A DNA stretch of 30,274 nucleotides from Candidatus Aenigmatarchaeota archaeon (lineage in GTDB: Archaea; Aenigmatarchaeota; Aenigmatarchaeia; GW2011-AR5), in the NCBI GenBank assembly GCA_043799385.1, contig JAZDNV010000023.1:1-30274 (forward strand), written 5' to 3'. Below the pieces are notes generated by a model. It saw only the letters and a program-made list of their open reading frames with translations, had not been told where the DNA came from and searched no databases. How positions within the stretch are numbered: the stretch's first letter is position 1; every line of letters begins with the position of its first letter. The position numbers were made by a program, and so were the translations under genes. This document shows positions 1 to 6,912 of the stretch, piece after piece.

Positions 1-147
1 ACTTGCCATGAAAAAATTTAAAACACAGTTCTGACTTACGAGAGAAGCATAACAAATAGATGTACATACGAAATGCTGCGTCATCGGCATTTTTACTTGG
101 AAATCGATTAACTTATGCCTCTTAAACTCATCCTGCCATATATAGAT

Positions 148-309
148 ATGACGCTATACATCTGCGGGAAATGTGGAAAATTTTTTGCAACGAAAAAAAA
201 CCGAAAACCTAGAGAGGTCATAAAGGAAATCAGGCATGGGGCAAAAGGAAAGGTAGAAGTAGCATTTCCATTGTGCCTGAAGTGCCAGCCGAAGAAAAAA
301 CTCGCTTAA
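148..309 (+). CDS. Zinc-finger micro-protein (53 aa, CGKC...CLKC)
   Basis: From ATG at 148: MTLYICGKCGKFF...FPLCLKCQPKKKLA. Two CxxC pairs. Confidence 0.65.
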   Translation: MTLYICGKCGKFFATKKNRKPREVIKEIRHGAKGKVEVAFPLCLKCQPKKKLA

Positions 310-400
310 GATTTTACCATATGCAAAATATCATAATCAATTATTTGTTTAGTCTGACGATTGCCGTGACTTTAAGGAGTTATGGACACATATTATAGTT

Positions 401-604
401 ATGAACATAACAAAGAAGCTTTTGATGTCTTGGTTGGACGGTGACAATAACAAAGAAGCGTTAGCAAGAACCGACCTGAAGAATGTAATCACATGGATGA
501 AAGGAGAGACCAATCCAGAAACTGAAAAAGAAATAAGAAACGAGGGTTACGGATGGATATACGACCTTCGCAAGAAATGGAAAAAAGAAAATAAAAAACG
601 ATAA
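401..604 (+). CDS. Hypothetical protein (67 aa)
   Basis: Clean ORF with typical composition and an AT-rich upstream region; no recognisable family. Confidence 0.6.
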   Translation: MNITKKLLMSWLDGDNNKEALARTDLKNVITWMKGETNPETEKEIRNEGYGWIYDLRKKWKKENKKR

Positions 605-648
605 TTCATTTCTGTCCTAATTATGCATTTTATTCTGATTTAGCGATA

Positions 649-700
649 TTTCAAAGTTTGCACTAATTTTCAAGGTTTGTACCAAAAGTCATATTATAAA
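649..700 (+). promoter_or_regulatory. Tandem imperfect 18-bp direct repeat (candidate operator) followed by a TATA-like element
   Basis: TTTCAAAGTTTGCACTAA (649-666) and TTTCAAGGTTTGTACCAA (668-685), 15/18 identical. TATTATAAA at 692-700 precedes the micro-ORF run. Confidence 0.4.
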
Positions 701-727
701 CGTCGTGTAGTTGTTATCGGTGATTGT

Positions 728-841
728 ATGAACTGTATGGTATGCGGAGAAGAAACGAATTTTATGAAAAGCATCGGCGACGTTGGCGTGGCCTTCTGTA
801 ATAAACACTATCACGAGGTGGATTTCTATGACGACTTTTAG
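728..841 (+). CDS. Zinc-finger micro-protein (37 aa, CxxC...CxxH)
   Basis: MNCMVCGEETNFMKSIGDVGVAFCNKHYHEVDFYDDF*; SD-like GGTGAT just upstream. Confidence 0.65.
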   Translation: MNCMVCGEETNFMKSIGDVGVAFCNKHYHEVDFYDDF

Positions 842-947
842 GGTTAAATTGAGCACACAGCAACTCAGAAGGCTGAATGGTATGGTGAAGAGCGGAGTCT
901 ATGAATCAAGAGACGAGGCGATAGGCAATGCCATCAAATGCCTGTAA
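828..947 (+). CDS. Ribbon-helix-helix (CopG/Arc/MetJ-like) micro-protein (39 aa)
   Basis: MTTFRVKLSTQQLRRLNGMVKSGVYESRDEAIGNAIKCL* fits the RHH pattern VxL...LxxLVxxGxYxSRxEAIxxAI. SD GAGGTG upstream; overlaps the previous ORF by 14 nt. Confidence 0.7.
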   Translation: MTTFRVKLSTQQLRRLNGMVKSGVYESRDEAIGNAIKCL

Positions 948-966
948 AAAGTTGGATGGCGGCGAG

Positions 967-1089
967 ATGGAAATGCCCGTATGCTGCGGAAAAAGAATGA
1001 AAATCAACATGGAGCTCGGACGTTTCTTGGAAGTCCAATGCGGCATATGCGGGGACATAGACTATACAAAAAGGTATAGCAGATTTTGA
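967..1089 (+). CDS. Zinc-ribbon micro-protein (40 aa, CCG..M...CxxCG)
   Basis: MEMPVCCGKRMKINMELGRFLEVQCGICGDIDYTKRYSRF*. Confidence 0.65.
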   Translation: MEMPVCCGKRMKINMELGRFLEVQCGICGDIDYTKRYSRF

Positions 1090-1115
1090 TATAAATATAA
1101 AATTGGGGTGTTGGT

Positions 1116-1217
1116 ATGAAGAACGTGCATTACTGCGGAGACGGGTTCAAAGGCGAGGTAATAAAAGCCAAGGGCATAATCTTCTGCGGCTTTTGTGGGC
1201 ACGAGTTCAAAAGATAA
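1116..1217 (+). CDS. Zinc-finger micro-protein (33 aa, HxC...CxxCG), paralog of 13341-13442
   Basis: MKNVHYCGDGFKGEVIKAKGIIFCGFCGHEFKR*; SD-like GGGGTG upstream; 24/33 identical to a second copy in this window. Confidence 0.8.
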   Translation: MKNVHYCGDGFKGEVIKAKGIIFCGFCGHEFKR

Positions 1218-1279
1218 TAAAATATTCTGGATGAGCATGCATTTTAATTTGTTTAATTTAAATTATTGACAGTGATCTT

Positions 1280-1738
1280 ATGAAAAACTACCATATCTTG
1301 ATTATGGTTTATTCAGTTGTCATAATAGCTTCGATAGTATATTTCGGGTTTTTTCAGCATTTCGGGGCACGAAACCTGAACTTCTGCATGGGCGGTCGGG
1401 ACAACGCAATAAGTCTTATAGACCTTATGATAATTCTCGCCGTTGCGGTTTCGTTATCCCTGCTGGTGATTTCAATCCTTGCTTTCAAAAGGACAAACGA
1501 CATAAAAATGCTTATCCTGGCTTTAGCCTTCTTCTTCTTCAGCGTAAAGGAATTCCTGTCTGCATTCGAGAACTTCTTTCCAGGCGAATTCATATACATA
1601 GACAACATGGACAAGATGCTGGAGCTTCTGATATTCCTGTCTTTCATAATATTGCTTTACGCAGGATACAAGAATATCATGAATAAAAATAGAACCAGAC
1701 CCGATAATAATGCTCGAAGAAAACAAAAGTTATCTTGA
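1280..1738 (+). CDS. Multi-pass membrane protein, coupled to the downstream wHTH regulator
   Basis: About 4 hydrophobic segments; overlaps the next ORF. Confidence 0.7.
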   Translation: MKNYHILIMVYSVVIIASIVYFGFFQHFGARNLNFCMGGRDNAISLIDLMIILAVAVSLSLLVISILAFKRTNDIKMLILALAFFFFSVKEFLSAFENFFPGEFIYIDNMDKMLELLIFLSFIILLYAGYKNIMNKNRTRPDNNARRKQKLS

Positions 1739-2237
1739 CCTAGCAGCCAGAAAGGATATATATGATTCCATAAAAAAGTCGCCTGGCCTTCATTTCAGAG
1801 AATTGCAGAGGCGGACAAAATTGGCAACCGGCTCTATTGATTATCATCTTCACTTTCTGCACAGGCACGGCCTAATAAGGACGGAAAAAACCAGCAGATT
1901 CGTTCGGTATTACCCGGCCGACCAAGCCTTTGATGAAAAGGAAAAGGAACTCCTTAATCTGCTGAGGCAGGAAAAGATAAGGCATATCTTGATTCATATC
2001 ATTCAAAATAAAAGGCCGAATGCATTGAAAATAGCCAACGACCTGGCAATATCACCGTCAAGCCTTTCGTGGTACCTGAAAAAGCTCGCTGAAAAAAACA
2101 TAATATTGCAAAAAAAGGTCGGGCGCTTTCGGTATTACTCTGTTTATGACAAAAAGAAGATTATCCTGTGCCTTATTGCGTACAAGACCAGCTTTGTTGA
2201 CGATGTGGTCGACAGTTTCATAAAAGCGTGGGAATGA
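1710..2237 (+). CDS. Tandem winged helix-turn-helix (ArsR-like) transcriptional regulator
   Basis: Two wHTH units: PGLHFRELQRRTKLATGSIDYHL and LKIANDLAISPSSLSWYLKKL. Confidence 0.85.
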   Translation: MLEENKSYLDLAARKDIYDSIKKSPGLHFRELQRRTKLATGSIDYHLHFLHRHGLIRTEKTSRFVRYYPADQAFDEKEKELLNLLRQEKIRHILIHIIQNKRPNALKIANDLAISPSSLSWYLKKLAEKNIILQKKVGRFRYYSVYDKKKIILCLIAYKTSFVDDVVDSFIKAWE

Positions 2238-2250
2238 GCTTTGCACAAAA
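2237..2250. repeat. Solo copy of the terminal repeat of the 5897-5983 element
   Basis: AGCTTTGCACAAAA is the exact reverse complement of 5970-5983; no partner end was found nearby. Confidence 0.35.
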
Positions 2251-2279
2251 CTTAAAACAACACGAAACTAGTAATAATT

Positions 2280-2414
2280 ATGAAATCGTGGAAGTGCATT
2301 CTCGGCATGCATAAATACGATAAGTTCATGGGTCTGGACAGCGTTGGCAACGGAAAATTCATTCAGCGCTATCGATGCGTTGTATGTGGCAAAACTAAAA
2401 AGGTCGTGAAATAA
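2280..2414 (+). CDS. Zinc-binding micro-protein (44 aa, CxxGxH...CxxCG; DUF1660-like pattern)
   Basis: MKSWKCILGMHKYDKFMGLDSVGNGKFIQRYRCVVCGKTKKVVK*. Confidence 0.65.
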   Translation: MKSWKCILGMHKYDKFMGLDSVGNGKFIQRYRCVVCGKTKKVVK

Positions 2415-2464
2415 TCATCTTATTCTTGTTGCATGATAATTCAATGCGAATCTGAAAAATAGTT

Positions 2465-2650
2465 TTATTTCTTTATGAGCCTGTAATACATGATTCCATC
2501 CTTGCGCATCTTCTCTATCGCCTGCCAGTTGTTGAAGAGCTTGTTCAGGCGCGATATGACAGGAGGCTTATCCGACTTGGTCTTCTTCATCAGCTCTTCA
2601 GCGGTCTGCCATTCATACGTCAATGCATCGTCGACTTTCATATATACCAC
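2465..2650 (-). CDS. Small winged-helix-like protein
   Basis: 61 aa; WQTAEELMKKT...VISRLNKL...IEK....YYRL resembles a wHTH. Confidence 0.55.
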   Translation of the reverse strand: MVYMKVDDALTYEWQTAEELMKKTKSDKPPVISRLNKLFNNWQAIEKMRKDGIMYYRLIKK

Positions 2651-2679
2651 TTTGTAGAAGCACTTAAAAAGACAAAAAG

Positions 2680-2949
2680 CTACCTATCTTCCCAGAATGC
2701 TTCTGCTTCCTTTTCCATTTTCTCTAATCGGTCGTAGTAGTCAGGGAATTCGTTGAGGTGCGCGAGCGCGATTTTTCCTGTCATTATCGGGTCGTCGTTC
2801 GTGACATTCGTGTTCTTGTCGATTGTACCATGTTCAAGCTCTACGTCCATTCCTCTGCGGAACTGATCAACGTCGAACTTGTCCCATTTGATTCCGAGCT
2901 TTTCGCCGATATTCTTTGCCTCGCCAGCAGTGAAATGCTTCTTAGCCAT
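2680..2949 (-). CDS. DUF5661-family protein
   Basis: Characteristic FRRGMDVELEHG...TNDDPIMTGKIALAHLNEFPDYYDRL; SD GGTGA upstream. Confidence 0.85.
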   Translation of the reverse strand: MAKKHFTAGEAKNIGEKLGIKWDKFDVDQFRRGMDVELEHGTIDKNTNVTNDDPIMTGKIALAHLNEFPDYYDRLEKMEKEAEAFWEDR

Positions 2950-3071
2950 TATATCACCTGTTTGCTTATTGGTATAATTGAATTAAATATACTAAAGCTG
3001 GGAATCAATAGTAACCTACAAGTAGTGAAATTTGTAAGATTTAAATACGTTATAGGGATATAGCATATCCT

Positions 3072-4070
3072 ATGAACAAGGCAAACCGTATAAGGCTCGG
3101 CCTTCCGAAGGGAAGCCTGAATACGCCGGGCAGGGGCAATACGCACGAGTTGTTTCTCAACGCAGGCTATGACATCGAGGGATATACGCCTAGCAATGAA
3201 TCGGATAGACATCTGAGGATAGCAAACGACCCTGAAATAGAGCTCTTCCTGACAAGACCGCAGAGCGCTCCGATAGAATTGAGCCTGGGCCTATTGGACA
3301 TTGCAGTCGTAGGCGAGGACTGGGTTCTGGAAGAGGCTGGTCTTAACGTCAGCGTAACAAAAGTCGGTAACCTGGATTATGGACAAACCCGGCTTGTGGC
3401 AGCAATTCCTGAAGAAAAGAAATATGAATCGCTCACTGATTTTTTCATGAAAAAACGGCACAGGAAAAAGCCTATAAGATGCTTTACCGAATATGTCAAC
3501 CTGACAAGAAAATTCTTCATGGAAAATCCTGGATACAGGAGCGCTTTTGGTGACAAAGCTCCTTACGTTCGTGTAAGAGGAATCGTCCAATCTCAAAATC
3601 AAAAGGTCCAGATTATAAGTTCTGATGGCGTAACAGAAGGCTACATAGCAAAGGGCGCCGATATAATAATTGATAATACGCAGAGCGGCTTAACGTTGAA
3701 AGAATACGGATTAAAGGAGATTGGGCAGCTGATGGAAACTTGCGCAGGACTATACGCAGGGCCTAGCTGTGTTGACTGGAAGAAGAGGAAATCAGAAGAG
3801 ATTTATACTCAGCTTTACGGTGCGCAGGCCGGAAAACAGCAGTTCGACGTAAAATTCAATGTCCCGAACAGCAACCTGGAAATTCTGAAAGAGCAACTGA
3901 TTGTAGCAGGACTGTGCTCGGACGAGCCTACGACATCATTAAGGGGCGAAAGCTACACTGCAGTCAATATACTGATACTCAGGGAGAAATACCCGCTGGC
4001 ATTGCGCGTACTTAAGGAGTATGGAGCTTCTGCAATCGTAAGGGACGAGATAAAGCAATTCATCAGGTAA
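3072..4070 (+). CDS. hisG: ATP phosphoribosyltransferase (long form)
   Basis: LGLPKGSL, RPQSAP, LDIAVVGEDW, L(D)YG and DIIIDNTQSGLTLKEYGL motifs, plus a C-terminal regulatory-like domain. Confidence 0.88.
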   Translation: MNKANRIRLGLPKGSLNTPGRGNTHELFLNAGYDIEGYTPSNESDRHLRIANDPEIELFLTRPQSAPIELSLGLLDIAVVGEDWVLEEAGLNVSVTKVGNLDYGQTRLVAAIPEEKKYESLTDFFMKKRHRKKPIRCFTEYVNLTRKFFMENPGYRSAFGDKAPYVRVRGIVQSQNQKVQIISSDGVTEGYIAKGADIIIDNTQSGLTLKEYGLKEIGQLMETCAGLYAGPSCVDWKKRKSEEIYTQLYGAQAGKQQFDVKFNVPNSNLEILKEQLIVAGLCSDEPTTSLRGESYTAVNILILREKYPLALRVLKEYGASAIVRDEIKQFIR

Positions 4071-4073
4071 GAA

Positions 4074-4247
4074 TCACGCAACGCACTTTATCGTTATCTC
4101 TTCTCCTGCTGCGGAAAACATATGCACAGACGCCATGCAATTCCAGTAATCGACGTCGCCGACCCTGATGTTTATGAGCTTGACTTTCAGGATTACGATG
4201 TCATCGTTTATCTTTTTCGTGTAATTATACTCTATTTTTTGCAGCAT
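4074..4247 (-). CDS. Hypothetical protein (57 aa)
   Basis: MLQKIEYNYTKK...; SD-like AGGTG upstream; abuts the stop of the upstream gene. Confidence 0.4.
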   Translation of the reverse strand: MLQKIEYNYTKKINDDIVILKVKLINIRVGDVDYWNCMASVHMFSAAGEEITIKCVA

Positions 4248-4248
4248 A

Positions 4249-4548
4249 TCAACAAACACCTGATGGTCGATAGTATCGTGATGTGTCCAGTGGATATTCG
4301 GGCACCAGCAATACGCTGGCACAGTCGCACGCAGATTTCAGATAGCCCTTAACGCAATTCAGCAACCCGGTTATGTTGTCTGCAGCTGACTTGCTGTCGA
4401 ATGTACCGAGATTATCACTAACCAGACGGGTTGCGCCACTCCTTTTTTCCATGCAGAAAACAGGGTACCTCCCTAAAATCGCCACAGCTGCATCATCTCC
4501 GACCTTCTTTGGAAATTCGACTGTCATGTATACCATCCGATCCACCAT
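4249..4548 (-). CDS. Hypothetical protein (~95-99 aa)
   Basis: ORF downstream of and co-oriented with ftsZ; start at 4548 or 4536. Confidence 0.5.
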   Translation of the reverse strand: MVDRMVYMTVEFPKKVGDDAAVAILGRYPVFCMEKRSGATRLVSDNLGTFDSKSAADNITGLLNCVKGYLKSACDCASVLLVPEYPLDTSRYYRPSGVC

Positions 4549-4606
4549 CACGGAAACCAAATGAAAAAGAAAAAAACAAAACAAAAAATTTACGAGGCAG
4601 TCACCG

Positions 4607-5683
4607 TTATATGATTACCTCAATGCCAAGATCGCTCTCCCTGCTCTTTGCTTTCGCGTAGCCGCCTGCTGATTTGCCAAGGATGTACGGTGACTTTACT
4701 CCTGTTATTATCGTTATCACCTGTATCTTTCCCTGGTACTCTGGTATGACTCTCGCGCCCCACATGACCATTGCCGACGGGTCCATGTTTCTGGATACGG
4801 TTTCGCCTATGTCATTTATTTCGTCCAGCCTCATGTCTTCGCCGCCTATGATCTGTATCATGGCGCCTGTTGCTCCAGAGTAGTCTACGTCCAGTAGCGG
4901 ATGGGCGAGCGCTTTGCTGATCGCTTCTTTTGCACGGCATGAATCGTTTTCGCTCTCGCCGACGCCTATTGTTGCTACGCCGCCTGCCTTCATTATCGTC
5001 CTGACGTCTGCATAGTCTAGGTTAACTAATGACGGCTGCGATATCGTTTCTGTTATCCCTTTTATCATCGTTGCTATCAAGCCGTCGGCCACGCCGAACG
5101 CCTCTTTTAGCGGCCGATTACCGGCTAGCTCAACAAGCTTCTGGTTCTCTATCACGATTACCGTGTCGCAGACCTCGCGAAGCTTTGCCAGGCCTTCTTC
5201 GGCCTTGACGATTCTTGCGCCTTCTATCTTGAACGGTAGCGTCACAGCTGCGATAACGATTGAGCCTAGCTCTTTCGCTATATGCGAGACGACTGGAGCT
5301 GCGCCAGTGCCTGTGCCACCGCCTAAACCTGCTGTGACAAACAGCAAGTCGCAGTCTTTAAGCGCGTCTCTTAGTTCTCCTTTGGCTTCCTGAGCAGCCT
5401 TCATTCCTACGTCAGGGTAGCCGCCTGCACCCAAGCCACGGGTCAAATCACGGCCAATCAGGATTTTCTTTTGGGCTTTTATTGCAGCCAGATGTCTGGC
5501 GTCCGTGTTAGCTGCTATTGTCTCTGCTCCTGCAATGCCCATTTCTGTGAGCCTGTTTACAGTATTACAACCACCGCCGCCACAGCCGACAACCATTATC
5601 CTGGCTTGTTCGAACTGGAAGTTTTCGATGTCGTCCATATGTACAACCTCTATTTTTTTACGAAACATATTCTGCACAACCAA
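4607..5683 (-). CDS. ftsZ: Cell division protein FtsZ
   Basis: VVGCGGGGCN, ANTD, GLGAGG, GGGTGTG tubulin signature, NLDYADV. Confidence 0.97.
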   Translation of the reverse strand: MVVQNMFRKKIEVVHMDDIENFQFEQARIMVVGCGGGGCNTVNRLTEMGIAGAETIAANTDARHLAAIKAQKKILIGRDLTRGLGAGGYPDVGMKAAQEAKGELRDALKDCDLLFVTAGLGGGTGTGAAPVVSHIAKELGSIVIAAVTLPFKIEGARIVKAEEGLAKLREVCDTVIVIENQKLVELAGNRPLKEAFGVADGLIATMIKGITETISQPSLVNLDYADVRTIMKAGGVATIGVGESENDSCRAKEAISKALAHPLLDVDYSGATGAMIQIIGGEDMRLDEINDIGETVSRNMDPSAMVMWGARVIPEYQGKIQVITIITGVKSPYILGKSAGGYAKAKSRESDLGIEVII

Positions 5684-5865
5684 AATGCTTAAAAGCGTGG
5701 CTTCCTATGTTTTCCAATCTAAGAACAAACACAATCCTAGTCTTCTTTGGGTTCGCGCCAACGAACTCAAATCTTACTTTCATTTTCTACTTAAATAATT
5801 ATTCGTTATGCAGAGTATATTTTCAAAAATCATGCAATTTCAACCAGATTAGAAAACTGAGGCGG

Positions 5866-5889
5866 TTTCTAACCTACTTTCTAACCTAC
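5866..5889. repeat. 12-bp tandem duplication TTTCTAACCTAC x2
   Basis: Directly visible next to the MITE-like element. Confidence 0.7.
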
Positions 5890-5896
5890 CAGCAGT

Positions 5897-5983
5897 AGCT
5901 TTGCATAAAAACAGGCTATCAGCCTGCAAATAGCGCTGATAGCCTACGGTCGATGGATGTGAGAATCACTTTTGTGCAAAGCT
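5897..5983. mobile_element. MITE-like structured repeat, copy 1
   Basis: Ends AGCTTTGCATAAAA / TTTTGTGCAAAGCT; flanks ACCAGCAGT / ACCAGCAGA (8/9); internal 11-bp hairpin AGGCTATCAGC/GCTGATAGCCT; ~80% identical to the reverse complement of 17134-17222. Confidence 0.7.
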
Positions 5984-6017
5984 ACCAGCAGAAGAAATAG
6001 TTAATCATCGGCAAAAT

Positions 6018-6290
6018 CTAGTACCCGAACTCCTTTCCGCTTGCTGAAAGGCTGAGGTTGTAGTTTTCGTCCTCGATTATTTTCTTCTTTTTTTCCTCGT
6101 TGTTCTTTATTTTTCCGTAGCGGAAGAAATCGTGCAGTATTTTTTCCCGCTGCTCTTCTGTAAATTCTTTTTCAAACTCGTCTATCACCTTTGATATCGA
6201 ATTTTCTATCTCAGAATGAGCCAGGTCGTCGTTTTCCATCGACTTTAATGTGTTAAAGAGTACTCGGAATTTCTCGTCTTCCATAACCAC
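6018..6290 (-). CDS. Hypothetical acidic/charged protein (90 aa)
   Basis: Clean ORF; no family recognised. Confidence 0.6.
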   Translation of the reverse strand: MVMEDEKFRVLFNTLKSMENDDLAHSEIENSISKVIDEFEKEFTEEQREKILHDFFRYGKIKNNEEKKKKIIEDENYNLSLSASGKEFGY

Positions 6291-6473
6291 ACCCTATTCA
6301 TAATTATAGCTATGTATTTCAACATTAGTCTTTTTTAAAGGATTAAAGAGTTCCTTGGGAACAAAGTGGGAAACGTGGGAACGATGCACCTACGGTCACA
6401 TCATACGAATATTCAACACAATCTATAGGCACCATGTAAAAACCTTTTTATTCCGCGAATACAAAAATTAATC

Positions 6474-6854
6474 ATGAAGCTGAAGAGGCACTATAAGATA
6501 CTGCTGATTATAGTGATGGCGTTCATAATCCTGTACTATCTTGGAGGCTTTCTCGGCAAGCAGTGCTCGCCTGTAAAAATTGAGGGTTGTTCTAGCGCTT
6601 GCTGGAACATAGTGGCGACGACAGTCAATTCTGAACTTTGCCCAAGCAGCGAGCCGTGCATGGCAGAGCCGTACAAGATGCAGCACAACGCGATAACCGA
6701 GATGCTGACGTGCGCCTGCTACAAGGCGAGCCAAGGTAATTATGCAGACGCTTCGCTGAACGGAAAGATAGAAGACGTGTTCCGCGAGTGGAAGGGCCAG
6801 TCGCTGAAAGCGAACGAGATATGCAGCGTCGCTTTCGTCAAGATGCGGTACTGA
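6474..6854 (+). CDS. Membrane-anchored Cys-rich exported protein
   Basis: N-terminal transmembrane segment and 8 Cys. Confidence 0.7.
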   Translation: MKLKRHYKILLIIVMAFIILYYLGGFLGKQCSPVKIEGCSSACWNIVATTVNSELCPSSEPCMAEPYKMQHNAITEMLTCACYKASQGNYADASLNGKIEDVFREWKGQSLKANEICSVAFVKMRY

Positions 6855-6912
6855 TTTTTTGGCTTAAAGATTTCTGAAATGCCTTTAAAAATCTTTTTGA
6901 AATAGGTAAGGC

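Noticed and set aside
1..125. Possible minus-strand gene start at 1-9 and a 21-aa ORF at 60-125
   Set aside because: Too little sequence and no motif to support either.
5707..5898. 63-aa plus-strand ORF upstream of ftsZ
   Set aside because: AT-rich promoter and repeat sequence with no protein-like features.
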